In this document: positions 8,167-17,730 of the stretch, one piece after another
Layout: the number at the start of each line of letters is the position of its first letter
How positions within the stretch are numbered: position 1 is the stretch's first letter
Assembly (NCBI GenBank): GCA_964397115.1
Contig: CAYNIH010000001.1
Coordinates: 1 to 33,259 of the forward strand
Direction: 5' to 3'
DNA from: an uncultured Roseivirgaceae bacterium
Lineage (GTDB): Bacteria; Bacteroidota; Bacteroidia; Cytophagales; Cyclobacteriaceae
DNA length: 33,259 bases
The notes under the pieces: generated by a model
What the model was told of the DNA's origin: nothing
The model's database searches: none
The model's input: the letters and a program-made list of their open reading frames with translations, nothing else
Translations under genes and position numbers: made by a program

Positions 8167-8613
8167 TTAACCAAAATAGCCCACTCCCCGCGCCATTAGT
8201 CCGGCCAGCAGGGGAATAACCACCAGCAGGGCCAGCTCGAAGCGGAGCATCCAAAAAATTGCCGAAGGAACAGGAATCATTTCATTGGGATTGCCCTTCC
8301 GGTTTTTCAAAAAGAAAACCGTGGGATATATCGAAAGCAGCCCGATGGTAACAAACAGGCTCAGTTTAAGGTGAAAAATCCAGTTTTTGCTGTACACCAC
8401 AGCGGGCTTACCCAAACCACCGAGCCAGAGGGTTAACCCTGCGATGAGCAGCACCACGGCTGCCACGCCATACACGGCATCAATTTTCGCCAGCCGCCTG
8501 AGTTCCGCGCGGGTGAGTGATTTTTTCAGCAACAGGTGCTCACCTGTAAGCGCACCCACAATGATGAAGATGCTGATGAAGTGAATGTAGCGGAGGAGGA
8601 GTTCGGTTGTCAT
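8167..8613 (-). CDS. Small polytopic membrane protein (DUF2214-like)
   Basis: The start is taken at MTTELLLRYIHF (8613), not the upstream extension to 8718. It has four hydrophobic helices in 148 aa. The DUF name is recalled, not verified. Confidence 0.6.
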   Translation of the reverse strand: MTTELLLRYIHFISIFIIVGALTGEHLLLKKSLTRAELRRLAKIDAVYGVAAVVLLIAGLTLWLGGLGKPAVVYSKNWIFHLKLSLFVTIGLLSIYPTVFFLKNRKGNPNEMIPVPSAIFWMLRFELALLVVIPLLAGLMARGVGYFG

Positions 8614-8862
8614 GACAGTTGTTTGTTCAAAAATAGAATTCTTTAACGAGCTAACTACGAAATAAAAGTACCCAGCAAAACTTCCTTCAGTTTCACAATA
8701 AGCAGATAATACTTCCAAAAAAATTCTTGCCAGCCGCTGAATTTCTAAAGTGTCACAATTATGAGTGCTTCAAAGAATAACATTCGGTTAAACCACAATT
8801 ACCGGAATGTGGAAAAGCAGCTCACTACCAGTTGTCCTTAATTTTCGCTACATAGCAAATGC

Positions 8863-9762
8863 ATGCACGAACCCATCCTGCTCCACTTCACCACCGGCAA
8901 TACCTGGGTACTTAACGGTTGCCTGGCGCTGATTATGTTTGGGGTAGCGCTTGAACTTATCCCGGATGATTTTAAACGCCTGCTGCATACCCCGCGCATT
9001 GCACTGGCCGGGCTGTTCGCCCAGTTTGTAGCCCTGCCTGCCGTTACCACCGCGCTGGTTTACCTGCTGCAGCCTTCTCCCGGCCTTGCGCTGGGGATGC
9101 TTCTGGTAGCCTGCTGCCCGGGCGGAAACATCTCCAACTTCATGTCGAGCCTGGCCCGTGCCAACGTGGCCCTGTCGGTTAGCCTTACAGCCGCAGGTTC
9201 ATTTCTGGCCATTTTCCTTACCCCGCTTAACCTAACCTTCTGGGGTAAACTTTATGCACCGGGTACGGCCCTGCTGCGCGAAGTGGAAGTGGGGTTTGCC
9301 GATGTGTTGGTTACCATTGTACTAATCGCTGGCATTCCGCTGGTGCTGGGCATGGTAGTGCGTTATTATTTCCAGTCGGTGGCACTTCGCCTTACCCAAC
9401 GGCTAAAACCCCTCTCGATAGTCATTTTCTTATCGTTTGTGCTTGTGGCCTTCGCACAAAATTATTCCGCCTTTACACAGTACATCCATCTGGTATTTCT
9501 GCTGGTTTTATTGCACAACGCACTAGCGTTGACCACCGGTTTTTTCATTGCCAGGTGGAGCGGAGCCTCGCATCCCGACCAGCGCACCATTGCCATTGAA
9601 ACGGGCATCCAAAATTCCGGGCTCGGCCTGGCACTCATCTTTACATTTTTTAACGGCATGGGCGAAATGGTCCTGGTAGCAGGCTGGTGGGGCATCTGGC
9701 ATATTGTATCGGGCCTTGGCCTTTCGTACTATTGGTCGCGTCTTTCACCCGTTACCCGCTGA
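8863..9762 (+). CDS. Bile acid:sodium symporter (BASS/SBF) family transporter
   Basis: It is polytopic, with the signature motif ACCPGGNISN and a second-half IETGIQNSGLGLAL motif typical of the SBF family. Confidence 0.85.
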   Translation: MHEPILLHFTTGNTWVLNGCLALIMFGVALELIPDDFKRLLHTPRIALAGLFAQFVALPAVTTALVYLLQPSPGLALGMLLVACCPGGNISNFMSSLARANVALSVSLTAAGSFLAIFLTPLNLTFWGKLYAPGTALLREVEVGFADVLVTIVLIAGIPLVLGMVVRYYFQSVALRLTQRLKPLSIVIFLSFVLVAFAQNYSAFTQYIHLVFLLVLLHNALALTTGFFIARWSGASHPDQRTIAIETGIQNSGLGLALIFTFFNGMGEMVLVAGWWGIWHIVSGLGLSYYWSRLSPVTR

Positions 9763-10823
9763 TGGTAAACCGTTTGTTTTATTTTTCGCTTCGCATCTAT
9801 GTATGGCTGGCACTGCATTTCTATTTTAAAAAAATACGGGTGAACGGAGCAGCCAATATACCGGGTGCCGGTCCGGTTATTTTTCTGGGCAACCACCAAA
9901 ATGCTTTGCTGGATGCCCTGGTGATAGCTACAACTGTTCCGCGTTACTGCCACTTCATTGCACGTGCCGATGTGTTTAAATCAAAATTGGTTGCCCGCCT
10001 CCTGGCTTTGTTGAACATGCGGCCGGTTTATCGCCTGCGCGATGGCCTTAAATCCATACCCAACAACAAGCAAACTTTTGCCTGGGCATGCAGCCTGTTG
10101 CTGCGTAACGAATGCCTTTTGTTTTTTCCCGAAGGGAACCACAGTTTGCTGCGAAGGGTGCGGCCGTTAAGCAAGGGCTTTACCCGGATTGTTGCCGAAA
10201 CCCTTGAAAAAAATCCATCGCTCCTGTTGCGTATCGTACCAGTGGGCATCAACTACACCGATCACACCGGCTTCAGGGGCTCGGTAAGCATTTATTACGG
10301 ACAACCGGTTGAAGCCTCCGATTACAAAAACAACCTGCCCGCCTTGCGCTCGGCAATGGAAGAAGCACTGAAAACACTTACCGTCCACGTAGCGGAAGAA
10401 GCCACTTATCAGGACATAATCCGTAAGCTGGAGCGGTCGGCCCCCGACTACCTGAACCCGGAAGAAACCAACCGCAGAATACGGCTGATTGAAGCAGGAC
10501 GGTATCCGGAAGGATATGTTCATACTCCTCGCACAAAAAGATCACTGGCCCGGTTGCTGATTTATTACCCGGTTTATTTCCTGTGCGTACTGATTAATGC
10601 TGTGCCGCTCGTCATTTGGAAGGGACTAAAGAAAAAAATTACCGATCCGGTATTCATCGGCACCTTCCGGTTTGCCGTTGGCATTACGGTGGTGCCGGTC
10701 ACGTATGTGTTTATCGTTGGGATTGTAGCTGTCATGACGAATGTTCCGGTTGCCGTGCTAACCGGAATGGCCTGTGTAGTTTCGCTGCCGGTGTACCAGG
10801 CTATACGTAATGCGAACTTTTAA
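9762..10823 (+). CDS. 1-acyl-sn-glycerol-3-phosphate acyltransferase-like (PlsC family) with C-terminal TM extension
   Basis: The start is taken at MVNRLFYF. ATG 9762-9764 shares one base with the upstream TGA stop (9760-9762). It has the HX4D motif NHQNALLD and the FPEGNHS motif. The C-terminal roughly 90 aa are hydrophobic helices. Confidence 0.8.
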   Translation: MVNRLFYFSLRIYVWLALHFYFKKIRVNGAANIPGAGPVIFLGNHQNALLDALVIATTVPRYCHFIARADVFKSKLVARLLALLNMRPVYRLRDGLKSIPNNKQTFAWACSLLLRNECLLFFPEGNHSLLRRVRPLSKGFTRIVAETLEKNPSLLLRIVPVGINYTDHTGFRGSVSIYYGQPVEASDYKNNLPALRSAMEEALKTLTVHVAEEATYQDIIRKLERSAPDYLNPEETNRRIRLIEAGRYPEGYVHTPRTKRSLARLLIYYPVYFLCVLINAVPLVIWKGLKKKITDPVFIGTFRFAVGITVVPVTYVFIVGIVAVMTNVPVAVLTGMACVVSLPVYQAIRNANF

Positions 10824-10968
10824 CAGCTTGACACTTACTTCTGAAGGAAGGGTGTCATTCAAAACCTTTATGAGGCGCTTTAGCAATTTTGGTTGTAGCA
10901 TGTAACCAAGTGCATAAGGTATAGTTCTGTTAAATCATTTGATCCAGGAAGCAGCTTAGCCGGGCCTG

Positions 10969-11457
10969 CTATTTAAAAAGCCGTTTCCTGTAAAACGTAT
11001 CGCACGCAAAATGCCCCGTGTTGCCGCACGGACCGGGTATTTTTTCAAAGCCATTTTTTTCGTACAGCTTCATGGCTTGTTTCATGGTGTTAAACGTTTC
11101 GAGGTAGCAATACATATAGCCGAAATCTCTGGCTGCCTTCAGGCATTCATTGAGCACGCGTTGCCCCAGCCCCCTGCCGCGGCCTTCGGTCAAAAAGTAC
11201 ATTTTCTTCAACTCACAGGTTTGACTATCCCCGCCTTCCAGCGGTGCCACCCCTCCTCCGCCAATAACTTGTCCGTTTTCTTCACACACAAAATACGCAC
11301 AACGGGGGCGGGTATAGGCTGTAAACATATCGTCCACTTCCTTATCGTGAATGGCAAACCCTTTTCCGCTGGCGCCAAATTCGGGCATTACCGTCCGGAT
11401 AATGGAAGCTAATGCGGGGTTGTCGGCCGCGTTGATTAAACGGATAATCATCAGCAA
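10969..11457 (-). CDS. GNAT family N-acetyltransferase
   Basis: It has the acetyl-CoA binding motif RGRGLGQRVL, followed by YCYLET...AMKLYEKNGF, typical of the GNAT fold. Confidence 0.85.
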   Translation of the reverse strand: MLMIIRLINAADNPALASIIRTVMPEFGASGKGFAIHDKEVDDMFTAYTRPRCAYFVCEENGQVIGGGGVAPLEGGDSQTCELKKMYFLTEGRGRGLGQRVLNECLKAARDFGYMYCYLETFNTMKQAMKLYEKNGFEKIPGPCGNTGHFACDTFYRKRLFK

Positions 11458-11490
11458 TATCAGTTAATTAAAATAAAGACCTGAGGTCGT

Positions 11491-11606
11491 CTCAAAAGAC
11501 TTGAAGTCTTTGAGTCATTCTGAGCATTAGCGAAGAATCATCCCATTAAATCACTGAAAATAGGAGATGGTTCGCTTTCGCTCAACATAACGATGAGACT
11601 TTTGAG
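11491..11606. repeat. Single diverged, inverted copy of the palindromic repeat family seen at 5438-5806
   Basis: The inner arms are GTCATTCTGAGCATTAGCGAAGAATC (11514-) and GGTTCGCTTTCGCTCAACATAACGA (to 11593). The reverse complement of the latter, TCGTTATGTTGAGCGAAAGCGAACC, matches the GTCGTTATGCTGAGCGAAGCGAAGC arm of the array. The outer arms are an 8-bp inverted repeat, CTCAAAAG (11491-11498) / CTTTTGAG (11599-11606). Confidence 0.6.
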
Positions 11607-11632
11607 CCAACCCCGGGCCTGAAGGTAAATTC

Positions 11633-14600
11633 CTAATCGGCAACCAAAGCCGGAATATTTTTATCCCTGAACATTTTATTGAATGCGGCTATCTCCGTTT
11701 CGCGGAGGCGGTTCATTTGCTGCTTGTACTCCCCCCATTGCTTTTCCAAATCCGCAAAGCGGTCGCGGGCACCCTGGGTAACCCGCGGATCGTGCACATC
11801 GGCCACAGCACGCACGGCAAAAAATTCTGTGTTCAACTTACTCGGAAAGTTGATGACATCCTGAAAATTCTTTTGTTTGGTTTGCACTACATTCTCTTCC
11901 CACTTTTCAATCTTTTTTATCAATTCTTTTCCTGCCGTTACTACCTCTTTGGCATCGGCACGGTCTTTCAGCATCTCGTTGTAGTTTTCAATCTGCTTCT
12001 TCACCTTACGCATGTTGTTAACGGCAGTGCTGATTTCGGCTAACCGGTTTTCAACCCGATCCATAAACTGCTGCTGGGCTGCCCAGTCGGCCGGGGTAAC
12101 ACGCAGATTCGGATCCTGAATGATCTCAAATTCCGTTTCAGCTGTCTCACCTTTATACGTAATGCGTGCCCGGTATTTACCGGGAGCCACGCGATGGCCG
12201 CGGTAATCGCCATACACATAAGCATTGTCAATGGCTGGCAGGGTTTCGGTTCTGAAATCCCATGCAAACCGGTTTACCCCTGCCTCGGCAGGAATAACCT
12301 GAGGGGCTGGCGGGCCACCAGGGAAGGTTTTGAAGTTTTCATTTTTCTTGCTCGAATAGCTCCGTATCTTCTTTCCGGATCCATCCAGTATTTCAAGTCG
12401 CACGGTGTTCGTATCGGCTTTCTCGTTAAGGTAATAATCCAGCACTACCCCATCCATCGGGTTTGTGCCCAGTCCTGGTATATTGCCCATCCACTCCGGT
12501 ATGGTAATGGACGGATAACGTACCGTTGGCTTTGGCTGATAGAGTACCACAGTACTGTTGCCGAAATTTCCTTTCGATTGTTGGATGGCGCTGAGATCAT
12601 CCAGGATCCAAAACGACCGCCCGGCCGTGGAAGCTACCAGATCGTTGCCTTGGATAATCAAGTCGGTAACAGGAACTACCGGAAGGTTCAGTTGCAGCTT
12701 ATTCCAGTTGGTGCCGCCATTAAACGACACATAGAAACCGCGCTCTGCACCGGCATACAGCAGGTCTTTTACTTTCTTATCCTCGCGGATCACTTTAATA
12801 AAATCATCGGTATCTACCCCGTTGCCGATTTTTGTCCACGTTTTACCATAATCGGTTGTTTTGTAGGTCATGTTGGAATAATCGTTGAACTTGTAGCGCG
12901 ATGCCGAAATATAGGCGGTGGCCTTATCGTGCGGAGATACTTCGATGGAATGGATCAAGCACTCTGGCAAGCCAACCGGTGTAACATTCTGCCAGGTTTT
13001 GCCTCCATCTTTTGTAATGTGTACCAGGCCGCAATCGCTGCCGGCATACAGCACACCTTTTTCATGAGGCGATTCAATCAGGTAATAAATGGTGTTGTAG
13101 TTCTCTCCGCCAGCTCCTTCATTGGTTATTGGTCCGCCACCCTGCTGTTGCCTGGTGGTATCGTTACGGGTTAAATCGGGACTGTTGACCTCCCAGTTTA
13201 TTCCCCCGTTTGTGGTTTTAAACACCACGTTGGAAGCATGGTAAATTGTATTCGGATCGTGCGGTGAAGCGATTAATGGTGCATTCCAGTTAAACCGGTA
13301 TTTCATGTCTTTGGCGCGATAAGCGAGGTTGGTGCTGGGATACTGCATGATGTCCTTCCGCTCGTTGGTGCGCGTGTCAAGCACATCAATATTTCCCTGG
13401 TAACAGCCGCCATACAGCAGCACCGGATTGTTCGGATCGAACGCGATGTAAGCGCTCTCACAACCGGGGCCTTCAAACCAATCCTGGTCTGTAATTCCAA
13501 AACTGTTGTTCCGGCTTTTGATAACCATCGAGGAGTTATCCTGCTGGCCTCCGTACACCCGGAAGGGAAAGAGGTTGTCAACATTAACACGGTAAAACTG
13601 GGCCGTGGGCTGATTGTTTAAAGGCGACCAGCTTTTGCCTCCATTAAACGTTATTTCGCCACCGCCATCATCGCCCAAGATCATGTTTTGGTTGTTGTTG
13701 GGGTTAATCCACAGGTCATGCGTATCGCCATGACCCACACGGATATTCTGAAAGGTTCTTCCCCCATCAATGGATTTCATCATCGGAGCATTGAGCACAT
13801 ATACCACATCGGCATTTTGCGGGTCGGCAAACACTTCCATATAGTACCACGAGCGGGATGTAATGTTCTGATCGCTCGACAAATGGTTCCACTTTTTTCC
13901 GCCATCATCCGAGCGGTACAATCCGTCTTTGCCTTTTTCGGATTCCACAATGGCATATACGCGGCTGGGATTTGCCGGAGAAACCGATACTCCTATTTTG
14001 CCCATCAGTTTGGGAAGGCCTTCGTTGATCTTCGTCCAGGTGTCCCCGCCATCGGTTGACTTCCAGATGGAGCATCCCGCTCCACCACTCTCCACCTTCC
14101 ATGGGTACCTGCGGTGCTGCCAGGTTGCTGCATACAAAATGCGCGGGTTGGTTTTGTCCATCGACAGCGATGACGCGCCCGTATTTTCATCTACATATAA
14201 TACTTTCTTCCAGGTAACCCCACCATCGGTTGATTTATAAATGCCCCTGTCAGGACTGGCACCATGTACCGGGCCTTGTGCAGCCACGTAAACAACATCG
14301 GGGTTGGAAGGATGGATCACCACATCGGCAATGTGCCTGGTTTTTTCGAGGCCGATGTTCTTCCACGTTTTTCCACCGTCAACCGATTTATACACTCCGT
14401 CACCATACGAGGTCATCACGCCCCGCACGGCATGCTCACCCATGCCCACATAAATCACGTTGGGGTCGGCTTCGCTTACCGCGATGTCGCCAACTGAACC
14501 GGTTTTGAAAAAACCATCGGAAATGTTCCGCCAGGTAATCCCGGCATCTTCCGTTTTCCAAATGCCCCCACCGGTGTAACCGGTAAAGTAAACCTGGTCG

Positions 14601-14794
14601 TTACCCACCACACCCGAAACGGCATTGGACCGCCCTCCGCGGAACGGTCCGATGTTTCTCCACTTCAGGCCTTTATATAATTCGGCATTGAAAGCAGGAG
14701 CCGCTGAAGCTGATGATGATTTGGATTTTTGTGCAACGGATAGCTGGGGGAATACCAGCATCATACATAACAAAAGGATAAAGATTTTTTTCAT
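11633..14794 (-). CDS. Secreted BNR/Asp-box repeat protein (sortilin/VPS10-like double propeller, glycosyl-hydrolase-like annotation class)
   Basis: It has the signal peptide [21 protein letters not shown]. At least 10 Asp-box motifs (S/T-x-D-x-G-x-T-W) are present, including [48 protein letters not shown] and TTDYGKTW. The last roughly 170 aa form a helical extension. Confidence 0.85.
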   Translation of the reverse strand: MKKIFILLLCMMLVFPQLSVAQKSKSSSASAAPAFNAELYKGLKWRNIGPFRGGRSNAVSGVVGNDQVYFTGYTGGGIWKTEDAGITWRNISDGFFKTGSVGDIAVSEADPNVIYVGMGEHAVRGVMTSYGDGVYKSVDGGKTWKNIGLEKTRHIADVVIHPSNPDVVYVAAQGPVHGASPDRGIYKSTDGGVTWKKVLYVDENTGASSLSMDKTNPRILYAATWQHRRYPWKVESGGAGCSIWKSTDGGDTWTKINEGLPKLMGKIGVSVSPANPSRVYAIVESEKGKDGLYRSDDGGKKWNHLSSDQNITSRSWYYMEVFADPQNADVVYVLNAPMMKSIDGGRTFQNIRVGHGDTHDLWINPNNNQNMILGDDGGGEITFNGGKSWSPLNNQPTAQFYRVNVDNLFPFRVYGGQQDNSSMVIKSRNNSFGITDQDWFEGPGCESAYIAFDPNNPVLLYGGCYQGNIDVLDTRTNERKDIMQYPSTNLAYRAKDMKYRFNWNAPLIASPHDPNTIYHASNVVFKTTNGGINWEVNSPDLTRNDTTRQQQGGGPITNEGAGGENYNTIYYLIESPHEKGVLYAGSDCGLVHITKDGGKTWQNVTPVGLPECLIHSIEVSPHDKATAYISASRYKFNDYSNMTYKTTDYGKTWTKIGNGVDTDDFIKVIREDKKVKDLLYAGAERGFYVSFNGGTNWNKLQLNLPVVPVTDLIIQGNDLVASTAGRSFWILDDLSAIQQSKGNFGNSTVVLYQPKPTVRYPSITIPEWMGNIPGLGTNPMDGVVLDYYLNEKADTNTVRLEILDGSGKKIRSYSSKKNENFKTFPGGPPAPQVIPAEAGVNRFAWDFRTETLPAIDNAYVYGDYRGHRVAPGKYRARITYKGETAETEFEIIQDPNLRVTPADWAAQQQFMDRVENRLAEISTAVNNMRKVKKQIENYNEMLKDRADAKEVVTAGKELIKKIEKWEENVVQTKQKNFQDVINFPSKLNTEFFAVRAVADVHDPRVTQGARDRFADLEKQWGEYKQQMNRLRETEIAAFNKMFRDKNIPALVAD

Positions 14795-14877
14795 AGCTGG
14801 GGGAGTTTAGAAGCTCAGAAGTACGGAATTTTTTCCGGCTACGCCAATAAAGTTTTATGTTGGTTAAAACAACCGGA

Positions 14878-16245
14878 TCAGCGGTTGCTTAGCTCTTTCA
14901 TCGCTTCAGAGAAAGCGGTCTTGATGGCGTGGCCATTTTTATGATGCTGATTTTTAACTATCCATTTTCCGTTTATGATCGTGCCCAGGTTCCGGCTTGA
15001 ATCGGACGTATAAAGAATCGTTGGAAGAAGATTCCCAGCAGAAGTATCCGCAAACAAATGGCTGCCGGCATTGATAACCAGCGCATCAAATGGCTGGCCC
15101 ACTTCAAAATGATCAGCGGTAATCCTTCCCATAGCCAGCCGCCCGCGCATGACCGACTCAGTAACAAAATAGTGAGCCGCATTGCCCTGCACGGTATTCC
15201 GCTTATTGGTAACAAGGCGTTGCCGGTAGTCGATCATCCGCAATTCCTCAAACGGGTTAAGTCCGATATGGCTGTCGGTACCGATGCACCAGCACCCGCC
15301 AGATTTTACATATTCTTTCATTCTGAAAATTCCATCGCCCAGGTTCCCTTCGGTGGACGGGCACAACACCACGTTGGCTTTTGATGCCGCCAGCCTTTTC
15401 ACTTCATCGTCATCAAGATGGGTGGCATGAACCAGGTTAAACCGCCCGTTCACGGGCAGGTTATCAAGCACCCATTGCAGGGGCCTCTTCTTGCACCAGG
15501 CAAGGCAGTCTTCTACCTCTTTCTTTTGTTCAGCAACATGAAGGTGAAACGGAATTGTTGATGGCCCCTGCTGATAGGTTCTTATGATGTCATCCAACTT
15601 AACCGCACGCAGCGAATGAACACTAAACCCCAACGCGGCACCGGGAAAATTTTTCAGCGCGGCCGCGCTGTCATCGAGCAGGTGTAAATATTCATCCACC
15701 GTGTTGGAAATAAACCGCCTTTGCCGCGGCTGTGGCGCTTGTCCAAATCCGCCTTTCTGATAAAAAACAGGTATCAGCGTGATCTTTATTCCGGCTATGG
15801 CAGCAGCCTGAAGCATGCGTTCACCCATTTCGGCAAGGTTCGCATACGGCTTTCCGTCCTTGTCGTGATGGAGGTAGTGAAACTCGGCCACGTGGGTGTA
15901 ACCTTGCCTTACCATTTCGGCATAAAGCATAGCAGCAATGGCCTGCGCCTGATCAGGGTTTACCGACAACGCACATTTATACATCTCTTCGCGCCACGTC
16001 CAGAAGTCATCGTCAGTACCGGCAGGATGGTTTTCGGCCAATCCGGCCATAGCATATTGAAAGGCGTGTGAGTGGGCATTCTGAAATCCGGGCAAGGCAA
16101 AGCCATTAACCTGTTCGATGGCTGCAGGATGTGGCGGAGGCTGATCGCCAAGGTAATGGGCAATGCCCTGTTCATCTACACCGACATAAGCGGGCATCAT
16201 CCAGCCGGAAGATTGAAGAAGGGCATTGAATCGATAATAGGTCAT
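14878..16245 (-). CDS. hutF: Formimidoylglutamate deiminase
   Basis: It is an amidohydrolase-superfamily protein with the HutF-typical N-terminal metal motif GFQNAHSHAFQYAMAGLAE. Its length (455 aa) fits, and it is adjacent to an FGase-family gene. Confidence 0.8.
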   Translation of the reverse strand: MTYYRFNALLQSSGWMMPAYVGVDEQGIAHYLGDQPPPHPAAIEQVNGFALPGFQNAHSHAFQYAMAGLAENHPAGTDDDFWTWREEMYKCALSVNPDQAQAIAAMLYAEMVRQGYTHVAEFHYLHHDKDGKPYANLAEMGERMLQAAAIAGIKITLIPVFYQKGGFGQAPQPRQRRFISNTVDEYLHLLDDSAAALKNFPGAALGFSVHSLRAVKLDDIIRTYQQGPSTIPFHLHVAEQKKEVEDCLAWCKKRPLQWVLDNLPVNGRFNLVHATHLDDDEVKRLAASKANVVLCPSTEGNLGDGIFRMKEYVKSGGCWCIGTDSHIGLNPFEELRMIDYRQRLVTNKRNTVQGNAAHYFVTESVMRGRLAMGRITADHFEVGQPFDALVINAGSHLFADTSAGNLLPTILYTSDSSRNLGTIINGKWIVKNQHHKNGHAIKTAFSEAMKELSNR

Positions 16246-16348
16246 GCTGAATGAATAAGCGGTTAATCTAAGAAGTCGAACAAGTAATCGGGCTTATAGT
16301 CAACGCCAGGTAATTAAATCAACAGGTGGTTATCTGAATTGTCATCCC

Positions 16349-17146
16349 TCACAACGTTTCTATCAATTCACCAAGCGTATGTTTTAATACCTGGCGCATT
16401 TTGCCGGCCCGAACCGGATCATAATTTTTCTCCTCATCATCCATATACCTTACCTTGCTCATTTCCAGCTGAAGGGCATGCTGATTTTCTGCCGGCCTGC
16501 CGTAGTGCCGCGTAATATACCCTCCCTTAAACGGATAATTATGCTGAAAGGAATAGCCACTCGCTTCCAGGTTTTTAAGGGCCGTTTCAATTATCCCGGG
16601 CGAAGCCGATGTGCCATCGGCATCACCCAAAATGAGATCCGGAAATTTTTCCTCATGAATAGTGGGCACGTGCTGCCGGATGGAATGGCAATCCCACAAC
16701 AATACTTTTCCGAAAGCGGATTTTAATTCATCAAGCAATTCCGCAAGCCTCTGATGATACGGCCGGTAGTACAGTTCCACCCTCCTTTTAATCTCCACAT
16801 CGGCCTCTGCCTTTCGCTTATCTGCATAGATCGGTTCACCGAAGAAGGTGGTGGCAGGACACAGGCCGGTGATAATCCGGCCATCGGAATAGAGCGGTTT
16901 ATCTTCCGGATTACGGTTCAGATCGATCACCCACCGGCTGTACACGGCATGGATCATGGTGATGCCCATCTCGGGTGCGAAATCATATAATTGATGGACA
17001 AACCAGTCGGTATCGTCAGGAGCGGCTATGAGGTCTTGTCTGAACTCGTTTTTCAGCTCATCAGGAAATTCCGTTCCGCAGTGTGACACACTAAGCAGTA
17101 CCGGTGCGCGCCCCGCTGAGGGAGCTATGACCTTAAAGGGACGCAT
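16349..17146 (-). CDS. hutG: N-formylglutamate amidohydrolase (FGase family)
   Basis: The 265-aa protein has the FGase-like pattern PVLLSVSHCGTEFP ... VIDLNR ... LWDCHS ... LGD. It lies 103 nt upstream of hutF on the same strand. Confidence 0.75.
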   Translation of the reverse strand: MRPFKVIAPSAGRAPVLLSVSHCGTEFPDELKNEFRQDLIAAPDDTDWFVHQLYDFAPEMGITMIHAVYSRWVIDLNRNPEDKPLYSDGRIITGLCPATTFFGEPIYADKRKAEADVEIKRRVELYYRPYHQRLAELLDELKSAFGKVLLWDCHSIRQHVPTIHEEKFPDLILGDADGTSASPGIIETALKNLEASGYSFQHNYPFKGGYITRHYGRPAENQHALQLEMSKVRYMDDEEKNYDPVRAGKMRQVLKHTLGELIETL

Positions 17147-17150
17147 TGCG

Positions 17151-17432
17151 TTATTTGCCTGACTTCTTTTTCTGGTTCTGTGCTTCTTGCAGGGCCTCTA
17201 TGGCCTTGTCGCGCTCTGCCTGCGCCACCTTAAGCGCTTCCTCCAGTTGCTGTTTCATTTTTTCAATGCGCTCACCGGCATCCTCGGCATCCACAATGGC
17301 TTCTTCGTATTTCAATTTCCATTCTTCGGTCTCCCGTTCAAGCCGGCTTGCTTTGCTGTAGTTGTACAATCCAAAAGCGAGGGAAAGAATCGTAATTCCC
17401 GCAAGTAGCGTGGTTACAAATTTTGAGTTCAT
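17151..17432 (-). CDS. Bitopic membrane protein: one N-terminal TM helix + coiled-coil-like helix + Lys-rich tail (93 aa)
   Basis: The start is taken at MNSKFVTT (17432). It has the TM helix TTLLAGITILSLAFGLYNY, then a heptad-like E/K/A/Q-rich helix, ending in QKKKSGK. It sits 7 nt after the preceding stop and 4 nt before hutG. Confidence 0.6.
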   Translation of the reverse strand: MNSKFVTTLLAGITILSLAFGLYNYSKASRLERETEEWKLKYEEAIVDAEDAGERIEKMKQQLEEALKVAQAERDKAIEALQEAQNQKKKSGK

Positions 17433-17439
17433 ACGTGTA

Positions 17440-17730
17440 TCATTTCTTTGAATATTTCTTTTGAACTTCTTCAAAATTACGTTGGGCATTTTCTTTTTCC
17501 TGTTCCAACGCCATCCTCAGTTTTGCCGCTTCCATACGGGCAGCCTCTGCTTCCTGCCGCAGGACATTTATCTGCCGGTACAAATCCTCCACTTTTTCAC
17601 GTTGTACTTCCGCTTCATGGCGTTGTGTATAACCGTAATAAATGCAAAGCCCGGCAATCAGAAACATAACAATGGCACGGATCTTATCTTTCACAGCGGC
17701 TTTGCTTTGCGTAGTATTATCACTTTTCAT
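17440..17730 (-). CDS. Bitopic membrane protein: K-rich N-terminus + one TM helix + coiled-coil-like helix + Lys-rich tail (96 aa)
   Basis: It has the TM helix IVMFLIAGLCIYYGY, then an E/A/R/Q-rich helix (EVQREKVEDLYRQINVLRQEAEAARMEAAKLRMALEQEKENAQ), ending in KKYSKK. Its ATG overlaps the GH3 stop as ATGA (17727-17730). Confidence 0.6.
   Translation of the reverse strand: MKSDNTTQSKAAVKDKIRAIVMFLIAGLCIYYGYTQRHEAEVQREKVEDLYRQINVLRQEAEAARMEAAKLRMALEQEKENAQRNFEEVQKKYSKK

Noticed and set aside
8761-8841. 26-codon ORF (MSASKNNIRLNHNYRNVEKQLTTSCP) in the 250-bp gap upstream of the BASS transporter, and a possible riboswitch there
   Set aside because: The ORF is too short, has no recognisable signal and lies in AT-rich spacer. 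I could not fold the region into any riboswitch class I recognise. A one-mismatch DnaA-like 9-mer (TGTGGAAAA, 8808-8816) is isolated and probably occurs by chance.
10830-10856. Hairpin GACAC..CTTC-tgaag-GAAG..GTGTC after the acyltransferase gene as an intrinsic terminator
   Set aside because: The stem is interrupted by an internal loop and is not followed by a T-tract. It may still contribute to termination between the convergent genes, but the evidence is too weak to list as a feature.
12194-13174. 326-aa plus-strand ORF
   Set aside because: It lies entirely antisense within the 1053-aa BNR-repeat gene, whose Asp-box motifs give clear coding evidence. The same reasoning applies to the other long shadow ORFs: 482-994(-), 6399-7217(-), 7254-7592(-), 18187-18588(+), 25173-25607(+), 26364-26822(+), 26977-27369(+) and 31071-31883(-).
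11633-14794. Type IX secretion C-terminal sorting domain on the BNR protein (and on the esterase-like protein)
   Set aside because: The C-termini are helical or hydrophilic (…[16 protein letters not shown]; …GADVKSWRY). They do not resemble the beta-sandwich CTD endings I associate with T9SS cargo, so no T9SS claim is made.
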